Shown: positions 23,201-36,100 of the stretch, one piece after another
Layout: the number at the start of each line of letters is the position of its first letter
How positions within the stretch are numbered: position 1 is the first letter of the stretch
NCBI GenBank assembly: GCA_964016885.1
Contig: OZ024743.1
Span: 136,400,001 to 136,464,000, forward strand
Reading direction: 5' to 3'
DNA length: 64,000 bases
Source: Eledone cirrhosa
Taxonomy: Eukaryota
Position numbers and translations under genes: made by a program
The notes under the pieces: generated by a model
Database searches by the model: none
What the model saw: only the letters and a program-made list of their open reading frames with translations
What the model was told of the DNA's origin: nothing

Positions 23201-26200
23201 TTGGTGTTTGGTGCTTGGTGTTTGGTGCTTGGTGTTTGGTACTTGGTGTTCGGTGCTTGGTGCTTGGTGCTTGGTGTTTGGTGTTTGGTGCTTGGTGCTT
23301 GGTGCTTGGTGTTTGGTGTTTGATGTTTGGTCCTTGGTGCTTGGTGTTTGGTGTTGTGTGCTTGGTGCTTGGTGCTTGGTGTTTGGTGCTTGGTGCTTGG
23401 TGCTTGGTGTTTGGCGTTTGCTGTTTGCTGTTTGGTGTTTGGTGTTTGCTGTTTGGTGTTTGCTGTTTGGTGTTTGGTGTTTGGTGCTTGCTGTTTGGTG
23501 ATTGGTGCTTGGTGTTTGGTGCTTGGTTCTTGGTGCTTGGTGCTTGGCGTTTGGTGATTGCTGCTTGGTGCTTGGTGTTTGGTGCTTGGTGCTTGGTGAT
23601 TAGTGTTTGGTGATTGGTGCTTGGGGTTTGCTGTTTGGTGCTTGGTGTTTGGTGCTTGGTGCTTGCTGTTTGGTGTTTGGTGTTTGGTGCTTGGTGCTTG
23701 GTGCTTGGTGTTTGGTGCTTGTTGCTTGGTGCTTGGTGTTTGGTGCTGCGTGCTTGGTGTTTGGTGTTTGGTGCTTGGTGCCTGGTGCTTGTTGTTTGGT
23801 GCTTAGTGCTTGGTGTTTGGTGTTTGGTGCTTGGTGCTTGGTGGCTGGTGTTTGGTGCTTGTTGCTTGGTGCTTGGTGTTTGGTGCTGCGTGCTTGGTGT
23901 TTGGTGTTTGGTGCTTGGTGCCTGGTGCTTGTTGTTTGGTGCTTAGTGCTTGGTGTTTGGAGTTTGGTGCTTGGTGCTCGGTGCGTGGTGTTTCGTGCTT
24001 GGTGCTTGGTGCTTGGTGTTTGGTGTTTGGTGCTTGGTTCTTGGTGCTTGGTGTTTGGTGTTTGGTGTTTGGTGCTTGGTGCTTGGTGCTTGGTGTTTGG
24101 TGCTTGTTGCTTGGTGCTTGGTGTTTGGTGCTGCGTGCTTGGTGTTTGGTGTTTGGTGCTTGGTGCCTGGTGCTTGTTGTTTGGTGCTTAGTGCTTGGTG
24201 TTTGGAGTTTGGTGCTTGGTGCTCGGTGCGTGGTGTTTCGTGCTTGGTGCTTGGTGCTTGGTGTTTGGTGTTTGGTGCTTGGTGTTTGGTGTTTGGTACT
24301 TGGTGCTTGGTGCTTGGTGTTTGGTGCTTGGTGTTTGATGCTGCGTGCTTGGTGTTTGGTGTTTGGTGCTTGGTGCTTGGTGTTTGGTGTTTGGAGCTTG
24401 GTGCCTGCTGCTTGTTGTTTGGTGTTTGGTGCTTGGTGCTTGGTGCTTGGTATCTGGTGTTTGGTGCTTGATGTTTGGTGTTTGGTGCTTGGTGCTTGGT
24501 GCTTGGTGTTTGGTGTTTGGTGCTTGGTTCTTGGTGTTTGGTGCTTGGTGTTTGGTGTTTGGTGTTTGATGCTTGGTGTTTGCTGCTTGGTGCTTGGTGC
24601 TTGGTGTTTTGTGTTTGGTGCTTGGTGCTTGGGTTTTGGTGCTTGGTGCTTGGTGATTAGTGTTTGGTGCTTGGTGCTTGCGGTTTGATGTTTGGTGCTT
24701 GGGGTTTGGTGTTTGGTGCTTGGTGCTTGGTGTTTGGTGCTTGGTGCTTGGTGCTTGGTGTTTGGTGCTTGGTGCTTGGTGTCTGGTGCTTGGTGCTTGG
24801 TGTTTGGTGCTTGGTGTTTGGTGTTTGGTGCTTGGTGCTTGGTGCTTGGTGTTAGGTGTTTGGTGCTTGGTGCTTGGTGTTTGATGTTTGGTCCTTGGTG
24901 CTTGGTGTTTGGTGTTTGTTGCTTGGTGCTTGGTGTTTGGTGTTTGGTGCTTGCTGCTTGCTGCTTGGTGTTTGGTGCTTGGTGATTGGTGCTTGGTGTT
25001 TTGTGCTTGGTGCTTGGTGTTTGGTGTTTGGTGCTAGGGGCTTGGTGCTTGGTGCTTGGTGTTTGGTGCTTGGTGCTTGCTGTTTGGTGCTTGGTGTTTG
25101 GTGATTGGTGTTTGGGGCTTGGTGTTCGGTGCTTGGTGCTTGGTGCTTGGGGCTTGGTGTTTGGTGTTTGGTGCTTGGTGCTTGGTGTTTGATGTTGGGT
25201 CCTTGGTGCTTGGTGTTTGGTGTTTGGTGTTTGGTGTTTGGTGTTTGGTGCTTGGTGCTTGGTGTTTGGTGTTTGGTGCTTGGTGCTTGGGGCTTGGTGT
25301 TTGGTGCTTGGTGCTTGGTGTTTGGTGCTTCTGCTTGGGGCTTGGTAGTTGGTGCTTGGTGCTTGGTGCCTGGTGTTTGGTGTTTCGTGTTTGGTGCTTG
25401 GTGTATGGTGCTTGGTGCTTGGTGCTGGGTGGTTGGTGTTTGGTGCTTGGTGCTTGGTGTTTGGTGCTTGGTGCTTGGTGCTTGTTGTTTGGTGCTTGGT
25501 GCTTGGTGCTTGGTCTTTGGTGCATGGTGTTTGGTGTTTGGCGCTTGGTGCTTGGTGCTTCGTGATTGGTGCTTGGTGCTTGGTGTTTGGTGCTTGGTGC
25601 TTGGTGATTAGTGTTTGTTGCTTGGTGCTTGGGGTTTGGTGGTTGGTGCTTGGTGCTTGGTGTTTGGTGTTTGGTGTTTGGTGTTTGGTGTTTGCTGTAT
25701 GGTGTTTGGTGTTTCGTATTTGGTTTTTGCTGTTTGGTGTTTGGTGTTTGCTGTTTGGTGTTTGGTGTTTGGTGTTTGGTGCTTGGTGCTTGGTGCTTGG
25801 TGTTTGGCGTATGGTGCTTGGTGCTTGGTGTTTGGTGCTTCGTGCTTGGTGTTTGGTGTTTGGTGCTTGGTGCCTGGTGCTTGTTGTATGGTGTTTGGTG
25901 CTTGGTGCTTGGTGTTTGGTGTTTGCTGCTTGGTGTCTGGTGTTTGGTGCTTGGTGTTTGGTGTTTGGTGCTTGGTGCTTGGTGCTTGGTGTTTGGTGTT
26001 TGGTGCTTGGTGCTTGGTGTTTGGTGTTTGGTGCTGGGTGCATGGAGTTTGGTGCTTGGTGCTTAGTGCTTGGTGTTTGGTGTTTGGTGCTTGGTATTTG
26101 GTGTTTGGTGTTTGATGCTTGGTGTGTGGTGCTTGGTGCTTGGTGTTTTGTGTTTGGTGCTTGGTGCTTGGTGACTGGTGCTTGGTGCTTGGTGCTTGTT

Positions 26201-28490
26201 GTTTGGTGCTTGGTGCTTGGTGATTAGTGTTTGGTGCTTGGTGCTTGGTGTTTGGTGCTTGGTGTTTGGTGCTTGGTGCCTGGTGCTTGGTGTTTGGTGT
26301 TTGATGCTTGGTGTTTGGTGTTTGGTGTTTGGTACTTGGTGTTCGGTGCTTGGTGCTTGGTGCTTGGTGCTTGGTGTTTGATGTTTGGTCCTTGGTGCTT
26401 GGTGTTTGGTGTTGTGTGCTTGGTGCTTGGTGGTTGGTGTTTGGTGCTTGGTGCTTGGTGCTTGGTGTTTGGTGCTTGGTGTTTGATGTTGCGTGCTTGG
26501 TGTTTGGTGTTTGGTGCTTGGTGCTTGGTTTTTGGTGTTTGGAGCTTGGTGCCTGGTGCTTGTTGTTTGGTGTTTGGCGCTTGGTGCTTGGTGTTTGGTG
26601 CTTGGTGCTTGGTGTTTGGTGTTTGGTGCTTGGTGTTTGGCGCTTGGTGCTTGGTGTTTGGTGCTTGGTGCTTGGGGTTTGGTGTTTGGTGCTTGGGGTT
26701 TGGTGTTTGGTGCTTGGTGCATGGTGTTTGGTGCTTGGTGCTTGGTGTTTGGTGCTTGGTGCTTTGTGTTTGGTGCTTGGTGTTTGGTGATTGGTGCTTG
26801 GTGCTTGGTGCTTGGTGTTAGGTGTTTGGTGCTTGGTGATTGGTGTTTGATGTTAGGTTCTTGGTGCTTGTTGTTTGGTGTTTGGTGCTTGGTGCTTGGT
26901 GTTTGGTGTTTGGTGCTTGCTGCTTGGTGCTTGGTGTTTTGTGTTTGGAGTTTGGTGCTTGGTGTTTGGTGCTTGGTGCTTGGTGTTTGGTGTTTGGTGC
27001 CTGGTGCTTGGTGTTTGGTGCTTGGTGTTTGGTGTTTGGTGATTGGTGCTTGGTGTTTGGTGCTTGGTGCATGGTGCTTGGTGCTTGGTGTTAGGCGTTT
27101 GGTGCTTGGTGCTTGGTGTTTGATGTTTGGTCCTTGGTGCTTGGTGTTTGGTATTTGGTGCTTGGTGCTTGATGTTTGGTGTTTGGTGCTTGCTGCTTGC
27201 TGCTTGGTGTTTGGTGCTAGGGGCTTGGTGCTTGGTGTTTGATGTTTGGTCCTTGGTGCTTGGTGTTTGGTATTTGGTGCTTGGTGCTTGGTGTTTGGTG
27301 TTTGGTGCTTGCTGCTTGCTGCTTGGTGTTTGGTGCTAGGGGCTTGGTGTTTGGTGCTTGGTGTTTGGTGCTTGGTGTTTGGTGCTTGGTGCCTGGTGAT
27401 TGGTGTTTGGTGTTTGGTGCTTGGTGTTTGGTGCTTGGTGTTTGGTACTTGGTGTTCGGTGCTTGGTGCTTGGTGCTTGGTGTTTGGTGTTTGGTGCTTG
27501 GTGCTTGGTGCTTGGTGTTTGATGTTTGGTCCTTGGTGCTTGGTGTTTGGTGTTGTGTGCTTGGTGCTTGGTGCTTGGTGTTTGGTGCTTGGTGCTTGGT
27601 GCTTGGTGTTTGGCGTTTGCTGTTTGCTGTTTGGTGTTTGGTGTTTGCTGTTTGGTGTTTGCTGTTTGGTGTTTGGTGTTTGGTGCTTGCTGTTTGGTGC
27701 TTGGTGCTTGGTGTTTGGTGTTTGGTGCTTGGTGTTTGGTGCTTGGTGCTTGGTGCTGGGTGTTTGGTGCTTGGTGCTTGGTGTTTGGTGCTTGGTGCTT
27801 GGTGCTTGGTGTTTGGTCCTTGGTGCTTGGTGCTTGGTGTTTGGTGCTTGGGTTTTGGTGTTTGGTGCTTGGTGCTTGGTGTTTGGTGCTTGGTGCTTGG
27901 TGCTTGGTGCTTGGTGTTTGGTGCTTGCTGCTTGGTGCTTGGTGTTTGGTGCTTGGTGCTTGGTGATTTGTGTTTGGTGATTGGTGCTTGGGGTTTGGTG
28001 TTTGGGGCTTGGTGTTTGGTGCTTGGTGCTTGCTGTTTGGTGTTTGGTGTTTGGTTCTTAGTGCTTGGTGTTTGGTGTTTGGTGTTTGGTGCTTGGTGCT
28101 TGGTGCTTGGTGTTTGGTGCTTGGTGCTTGGTGCTTGGTGTTTGGTGCTGCGGGCTTGGTGTTTGGTGTTTGGTGCTTGGTGCCTGGTGCTTGTTGTTTG
28201 GTGTTTGGTGCTTAGTGCTTGGTGTTTGGTGTTTGGTGCTTGGTGCTTGGTGGCTGGTGTTTGGTGCTTGGTGTTTGGAGTTCGGTGCTTGGTGCTTGGT
28301 GCCTGGTGTTTCGTGCTTGGTGCTTGGTGCTTGGTGTTTGGTGTTTGGTGCTTGGTGTTTGGTGTTTGGTACTTGGTGCTTGGTGCTTGGTGCTTGGTGT
28401 TTGGTGCTTGGTGTTTGATGCTGCGTGCTTGGTGTTTGGTGTTTGGTGCTTGGTGCTTGGTGTTTGGTGTTTGGAGCTTGGTGCCTGGTG
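17385..28490 (+). repeat. ~5 kb segment (~17385-22350) duplicated at ~23520-28490 (offset 6,138)
   Basis: ORFs from 17465 to 21927 recur with identical translations at 23603 to 28065, including the 746-aa minus-strand frames at 17665 and 23803. Confidence 0.92.
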
Positions 28491-31400
28491 CTTGTAGTTT
28501 GGTGTTTTGCGCTTGGTGCTTGGTGTTTGGTGTTTGGTGCATGGTGCTTGGTGCTTGGTATCTGGTGTTTGGTGCTTGATGTTTGGTGTTTGGTGCTTGG
28601 TGTTTGGTGTTTGGTGCTTGGTGCTTGGTGTTTGGTGCTTGGTGTTTGGTGTTTGGTGTTTGATGCTTGGTGTTTGCTGCTTGGTGCTTGGTGCTTGGTG
28701 TTTTGTGTTTGGTGTTTGATGCTGCGTGCTTGGTGTTTGGTGTTTGGTGCGTGGTGCTTGGTGTTTGGTGTTTGGAGCTTGGTGACTGGTGCTTGTTGTT
28801 TGGTGTTTGGCGCTTGGTGCTTGGTGTTTGGTGTTTGGTGCTTTGTGCTTGGTGCTTGGTATCTGGTGTTTGGTGCTTGATGTTTGGTGTTTGGTGCTTG
28901 GTGTTTGGTGTTTGGTGCTTGGTGCTTGGTGTTTGGTGCTTGGTGTTTGGTGTTTGGTGATTGATGCTTGGTGTTTGCTGCTTGCTGCTTGCTGCTTGGT
29001 GTTTGGTGCTAGGGGCTTGGTGCTTGGTGCTTGGTGTTTGGTGCTTGGTGCTTGGTGCCTGGTGCTTGGTGCTTGGTGCTTGTTGTTTGGTGCTTGGTGC
29101 TTGGTGATTAGTGTTTGGTGCTTGGTGCTTGCGGTTTGGTGTTTGGTGCTTGGGGTTTGGTGTTTGGTGCTTGGTGCTTGCTGCTTGGTGTTTGGTGCTA
29201 GGGGCTTGGTGCTTGGTGTTTGATGTTTGGTCCTTGGTGCTTGGTGTTTGGTATTTGGTGCTTGGTGCTTGGTGTTTGGTGTTTGGTGCTTGCTGCTTGC
29301 TGCTTGGTGTTTGGTGCTAGGGGCTTGGTGTTTGGTGCTTGGTGTTTGGTGCTTGGTGTTTGGTGCTTGGTGCCTGGTGATTGGTGTTTGGTGTTTGGTG
29401 CTTGGTGTTTGGTGCTTGGTGTTTGGTACTTGGTGTTCGGTGCTTGGTGCTTGGTGCTTGGTGTTTGGTGTTTGGTGCTTGGTGCTTGGTGCTTGGTGTT
29501 TGATGTTTGGTCCTTGGTGCTTGGTGTTTGGTGTTGTGTGCTTGGTGCTTGGTGCTTGGTGTTTGGTGCTTGGTGCTTGGTGCTTGGTGTTTGGCGTTTG
29601 CTGTTTGCTGTTTGGTGTTTGGTGTTTGCTGTTTGGTGTTTGCTGTTTGGTGTTTGGTGTTTGGTGCTTGCTGTTTGGTGCTTGGTGCTTGGTGTTTGGT
29701 GTTTGGTGCTTGGTGTTTGGTGCTTGGTGCTTGGTGCTGGGTGTTTGGTGCTTGGTGCTTGGTGTTTGGTGCTTGGTGCTTGGTGCTTGGTGTTTGGTCC
29801 TTGGTGCTTGGTGCTTGGTGTTTGGTGCTTGGGTTTTGGTGTTTGGTGCTTGGTGCTTGGTGTTTGGTGCTTGGTGCTTGGTGCTTGGTGCTTGGTGTTT
29901 GGTGCTTGCTGCTTGGTGCTTGGTGTTTGGTGCTTGGTGCTTGGTGATTTGTGTTTGGTGATTGGTGCTTGGGGTTTGGTGTTTGGGGCTTGGTGTTTGG
30001 TGCTTGGTGCTTGCTGTTTGGTGTTTGGTGTTTGGTTCTTAGTGCTTGGTGTTTGGTGTTTGGTGTTTGGTGCTTGGTGCTTGGTGCTTGGTGTTTGGTG
30101 CTTGGTGCTTGGTGCTTGGTGTTTGGTGCTGCGGGCTTGGTGTTTGGTGTTTGGTGCTTGGTGCCTGGTGCTTGTTGTTTGGTGTTTGGTGCTTAGTGCT
30201 TGGTGTTTGGTGTTTGGTGCTTGGTGCTTGGTGGCTGGTGTTTGGTGCTTGGTGTTTGGAGTTCGGTGCTTGGTGCTTGGTGCCTGGTGTTTCGTGCTTG
30301 GTGCTTGGTGCTTGGTGTTTGGTGTTTGGTGCTTGGTGTTTGGTGTTTGGTACTTGGTGCTTGGTGCTTGGTGCTTGGTGTTTGGTGCTTGGTGTTTGAT
30401 GCTGCGTGCTTGGTGTTTGGTGTTTGGTGCTTGGTGCTTGGTGTTTGGTGTTTGGAGCTTGGTGCCTGGTGCTTGTTGTTTGGTGTTTGGCGCTTGGTGC
30501 TTGGTGTTTGGTGCTTGGTGCTTGGTGTTTGGTGTTTGGTGCTTGGTGTTTGGCGCTTGGTGCTTGGTGTTTGGTGCTTGGTGCTTGGGGTTTGGTGTTT
30601 GGTGCTTGGGGTTTGGTGTTTGGTGCTTGGTGCATGGTGTTTGGTGCTTGGTGCTTGGTGTTTGGTGCTTGGTGCTTTGTGTTTGGTGCTTGGTGTTTGG
30701 TGCTTGGTGCTTGGTGCTTGGTGCTTGGTGTTAGGTGTTTGGTGCTTGGTGATTGGTGTTTGATGTTAGGTTCTTGGTGCTTGTTGTTTGGTGTTTGGTG
30801 CTTGGTGCTTGGTGTTTGGTGTTTGGTGCTTGCTGCTTGGTGCTTGGTGTTTTGTGTTTGGAGTTTGGTGCTTGGTGTTTGGTGCTTGGTGCTTGGTGTT
30901 TGGTGTTTGGTGCCTGGTGCTTGGTGTTTGGTGCTTGGTGTTTGGTGTTTGGTGATTGGTGCTTGGTGTTTGGTGCTTGGTGCATGGTGCTTGGTGCTTG
31001 GTGTTAGGCGTTTGGTGCTTGGTGCTTGGTGTTTGATGTTTGGTCCTTGGTGCTTGGTGTTTGGTATTTGGTGCTTGGTGCTTGATGTTTGGTGTTTGGT
31101 GCTTGCTGCTTGTTGCTTGGTGTTTGGTGCTAGGGGCTTGGTGCTTGGTGTTTGATGTTTGGTCCTTGGTGCTTGGTGTTTGGTATTTGGTGCTTGGTGC
31201 TTGGTGTTTGGTGTTTGGTGCTTGCTGCTTGCTGCTTGGTGTTTGGTGCTAGGGGCTTGGTGTTTGGTGCTTGGTGTTTGGTGCTTGGTGTTTGGTGCTT
31301 GGTGCCTGGTGATTGGTGTTTGGTGTTTGGTGCTTGGTGTTTGGTGCTTGGTGTTTGGTACTTGGTGTTCGGTGCTTGGTGCTTGGTGCTTGGTGTTTGG

Positions 31401-33100
31401 TGTTTGGTGCTTGGTGCTTGGTGCTTGGTGTTTGATGTTTGGTCCTTGGTGCTTGGTGTTTGGTGTTGTGTGCTTGGTGCTTGGTGCTTGGTGTTTGGTG
31501 CTTGGTGCTTGGTGCTTGGTGTTTGGCGTTTGCTGTTTGCTGTTTGGTGTTTGGTGTTTGCTGTTTGGTGTTTGCTGTTTGGTGTTTGGTGTTTGGTGCT
31601 TGCTGTTTGGTGCTTGGTGCTTGGTGTTTGGTGTTTGGTGCTTGGTGTTTGGTGCTTGGTGCTTGGTGCTGGGTGTTTGGTGCTTGGTGCTTGGTGTTTG
31701 GTGCTTGGTGCTTGGTGCTTGGTGTTTGGTCCTTGGTGCTTGGTGCTTGGTGTTTGGTGCTTGGGTTTTGGTGTTTGGTGCTTGGTGCTTGGTGTTTGGT
31801 GCTTGGTGCTTGGTGCTTGGTGCTTGGTGTTTGGTGCTTGCTGCTTGGTGCTTGGTGTTTGGTGCTTGGTGCTTGGTGATTTGTGTTTGGTGATTGGTGC
31901 TTGGGGTTTGGTGTTTGGGGCTTGGTGTTTGGTGCTTGGTGCTTGCTGTTTGGTGTTTGGTGTTTGGTTCTTAGTGCTTGGTGTTTGGTGTTTGGTGTTT
32001 GGTGCTTGGTGCTTGGTGCTTGGTGTTTGGTGCTTGGTGCTTGGTGCTTGGTGTTTGGTGCTGCGGGCTTGGTGTTTGGTGTTTGGTGCTTGGTGCCTGG
32101 TGCTTGTTGTTTGGTGTTTGGTGCTTAGTGCTTGGTGTTTGGTGTTTGGTGCTTGGTGCTTGGTGGCTGGTGTTTGGTGCTTGGTGTTTGGAGTTCGGTG
32201 CTTGGTGCTTGGTGCCTGGTGTTTCGTGCTTGGTGCTTGGTGCTTGGTGTTTGGTGTTTGGTGCTTGGTGTTTGGTGTTTGGTACTTGGTGCTTGGTGCT
32301 TGGTGCTTGGTGTTTGGTGCTTGGTGTTTGATGCTGCGTGCTTGGTGTTTGGTGTTTGGTGCTTGGTGCTTGGTGTTTGGTGTTTGGAGCTTGGTGCCTG
32401 GTGCTTGTAGTTTGGTGTTTTGCGCTTGGTGCTTGGTGTTTGGTGTTTGGTGCATGGTGCTTGGTGCTTGGTATCTGGTGTTTGGTGCTTGATGTTTGGT
32501 GTTTGGTGCTTGGTGTTTGGTGTTTGGTGCTTGGTGCTTGGTGTTTGGTGCTTGGTGTTTGGTGTTTGGTGTTTGATGCTTGGTGTTTGCTGCTTGGTGC
32601 TTGGTGCTTGGTGTTTTGTGTTTGGTGTTTGATGCTGCGTGCTTGGTGTTTGGTGTTTGGTGCGTGGTGCTTGGTGTTTGGTGTTTGGAGCTTGGTGACT
32701 GGTGCTTGTTGTTTGGTGTTTGGCGCTTGGTGCTTGGTGTTTGGTGTTTGGTGCTTTGTGCTTGGTGCTTGGTATCTGGTGTTTGGTGCTTGATGTTTGG
32801 TGTTTGGTGCTTGGTGTTTGGTGTTTGGTGCTTGGTGCTTGGTGTTTGGTGCTTGGTGTTTGGTGTTTGGTGATTGATGCTTGGTGTTTGCTGCTTGCTG
32901 CTTGCTGCTTGGTGTTTGGTGCTAGGGGCTTGGTGCTTGGTGCTTGGTGTTTGGTGCTTGGTGCTTGGTGCCTGGTGCTTGGTGCTTGGTGCTTGTTGTT
33001 TGGTGCTTGGTGCTTGGTGATTAGTGTTTGGTGCTTGGTGCTTGCGGTTTGGTGTTTGGTGCTTGGGGTTTGGTGTTTGGTGCTTGGTGCTTGGTGTTTG
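20350..33100 (+). repeat. Family of ~1.93-1.98 kb higher-order units (equivalent positions at 21101, 23033, 27239, 29220, 31152)
   Basis: ORF offsets of 1,932 (20355/22287, 29220/31152), 1,981 (27239/29220), 3,913 (27217/31130, 28667/32580) and 8,119 (21101/29220, 22921/31040). The private marker GTAGTTT-GGTGTTT-TGCGCTT occurs at ~28494 and ~32407. Confidence 0.87.
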
Positions 33101-36100
33101 GTGCTTGGTGCTTGGTGCTTGGTGCTTGGTGTTTGGTGTTTGGCGTTTGCTGTTTGCTGTTTGGTGTTTGGTGTTTGCTGTTTGGTTTTTGCTGTTTGGT
33201 TTTTGGTGTTTGGTGCTTGCTGTTTGGTGCTTGGTGCTTGGTGTTTGGTGTTCGGTGCTTGGTGCTTGGTGCTTGGTGTTTGGTGCTTGGTGCTGGGTGT
33301 TTGGTGCTTGGTGCTTGGTGTTTGGTGCTTGGTGCTTGGTGCTTGGTGTTTGGTCCTTGGTGCATGGTGCTTGGTCTTTGGTGCTTGGGTTGTGGTGTTT
33401 GGTGCTTGGTGCTTGGTGTTTGGTGCTTGGTTCTTGGTGCTTGGTGCTTGGTGTTTGGTGATTGCTGCTTGGTGCTTGGTGTTTGGTGCTTGGTGCTTGG
33501 TGATTAGTGTTTGGTGATTGGTGCTTGGGGTTTGCTGTTTGGTGCTTGGTGTTTGGTGCTTGGTGCTTGCTGTTTGGTGTTTGGTGTTTGGTTCTTGGTG
33601 CTTGGTGTTTGGTGTTTGGTGTTTGGTGCTTGGTGCTTGGTGCTTGGTGTTTGGTGCTTGTTGCTTGGTGCTTGGTGTTTGGTGCTGCGTGCTTGGTGTT
33701 TGGTGTTTGGTGCTTGGTGCCTGGTGCTTGTTGTTTGGTGCTTAGTGCTTGGTGTTTGGTGTTTGGTGCTTGGTGCTTGGTGGCTGGTGCTTGGTGCTTG
33801 GTGTTTGGAGTTTGGTGCTTGGTGCTCGGTGCCTGGTGTTTCGTGCTTGGTGCTTGGTGCTTGGTGTTTGGTGTTTGGTGCTTGGTGTTTGGTGTTTGGT
33901 ACTTGGTGCTTGGTGCCTGGTGTTTCGTGCTTGGTGTTTGATGCTGTGTGCTTGGTGTTTGGTGTTTGGTGCTTGGTGCTTGGTGTTTGGTGTTTGGAGC
34001 TTGGTGCCTGCTGCTTGTTGTTTGGTGTTTGGTGCTTGGTGCTTGGTGCTTGGTATCTGGTGTTTGGTGCTTGATGTTTGGTGTTTGGTGCTTGGTGCTT
34101 GGTGCTTGGTGTTTGGTGTTTGGTGCTTGGTGCTTGGTGTTTGGTGCTTGGTGTTTGGTGTTTGGTGTTTGATGCTTGGTGTTTGCTGCTTGGTGCTTGG
34201 TGCTTGGTGTTTTGTGTTTGGTGCTTGGTGCTTGTTGTTTGGTGCTTGGTGCTTGGTGATTAGTGTTTGGTGCTTGGTGCTTGCGGTTTGATGTTTGGTG
34301 CTTGGGGTTTGGTGTTTGGTGCTTGGTGCTTGGTGCTTGGTGTTTGGTGCTTGGTGCTTGGTGTCTGGTGCTTGGTGCTTGGTGTTTGGTGCTTGGTGTT
34401 TGGTGTTTGGTGCTTGGTGCTTGGTGCTTGGTGTTAGGTGTTTGGTGCTTGGTGCTTGGTGTTTGATGTTTGGTCCTTGGTGCTTGGTGTTTGGTGTTTG
34501 TTGCTTGGTGCTTGGTGTTTGGTGTTTGGTGCTTGCTGCTTGCTGCTTGGTGTTTGGTGCTTGGTGATTGGTGCTTGGTGTTTTGTGCTTGGTGCTTGGT
34601 GTTTGGTGTTTGGTGCTAGGGGCTTGGTGCTTGGTGCTTGGTGTTTGGTGCTTGGTGCTTGCTGTTTGGTGCTTGGTGTTTGGTGCTTGGTGTTTGGGGC
34701 TTGGTGTTCGGTGCTTGGTGCTTGGTGCTTGGGGCTTGGTGTTTGGTGTTTGGTGCTTGGTGCTTGGTGTTTGATGTTGGGTCCTTGGTGCTTGGTGTTT
34801 GGTGTTTGGTGTTTGGTGTTTGGTGTTTGGTGCTTGGTGCTTGGTGTTTGGTGTTTGGTGCTTGGTGCTTGGGGCTTGGTGTTTGGTGCTTGGTGCTTGG
34901 TGTTTGGTGCTTCTGCTTGGGGCTTGGTAGTTGGTGCTTGGTGCTTGGTGCCTGGTGTTTGGTGTTTCGTGTTTGGTGCTTGGTGTATGGTGCTTGGTGC
35001 TTGGTGCTGGGTGGTTGGTGTTTGGTGCTTGGTGCTTGGTGTTTGGTGCTTGGTGCTTGGTGCTTGTTGTTTGGTGCTTGGTGCTTGGTGCTTCGTGATT
35101 GGTGCTTGGTGCTTGGTGTTTGGTGCTTGGTGCTTGGTGATTAGTGTTTGTTGCTTGGTGCTTGGGGTTTGGTGGTTGGTGCTTGGTGCTTGGTGTTTGG
35201 TGTTTGGTGTTTGGTGTTTGGTGTTTGCTGTATGGTGCTTGCTGTTTCGTATTTGGTTTTTGCTGTTTGGTGTTTGGTGTTTGCTGTTTGGTGTTTGGTG
35301 TTTGGTGTTTGGTGCTTGGTGCTTGGTGCTTGGTGTTTGGCGTTTGGTGCTTGGTGCTTGGTGTTTGGTGCTTCGTGCTTGGTGTTTGGTGTTTGGTGCT
35401 TGGTGCCTGGTGCTTGTTGTATGGTGCTTGGTGCTTGGTGATTAGTGTTTGGTGCTTGGTGCTTGGTGTTTGGTGCTTGGTGTTTGGTGCTTGGTGCCTG
35501 GTGCTTGGTGTTTGGTGTTTGATGCTTGGTGTTTGGTGTTTGGTGTTTGGTACTTGGTGTTCGGTGCTTGGTGCTTGGTGCTTGGTGCTTGGTGTTTGGT
35601 GTTTGGTGCTTGGTGCTTGGTGTTTGGTGTTGTGTGCTTGGTGCTTGGTGGTTGGTGTTTGGTGCTTGGTGCTTGGTGCTTGGTGTTTGGTGCTTGGTGT
35701 TTGATGCTGCGTGCTTGGTGTTTGGTGTTTGGTGCTTGGTGCTTGGTGTTTGGTGTTTGGAGCTTGGTGCCTGGTGCTTGTTGTTTGGTGTTTGGCGCTT
35801 GGTGCTTGGTGTTTGGTGTTTGGTGCTTGGTGCTTGGTGCTTGGTATCTGGTGTTTGGTGCTTGATGTTTGGTGTTTGGTGCTTGGTGTTTGGTGTTTGG
35901 TGCTTGGTGCTTGGTGTTTGGTGCTTGGTGTTTGGTGTTTGGTGTTTGATGCTTGGTGTTTGCTGCTTGGTGCTTGGTGCTTGGTGTTTTGTGTTTGGTG
36001 TTTGATGCTGCGTGCTTGGTGTTTGGTGTTTGGTGCTTGGTGCTTGGTATTTGGTGTTTGGAGCTTGGTGCCTGGTGCTTGTTGTTTGGTGTTTGGCGCT

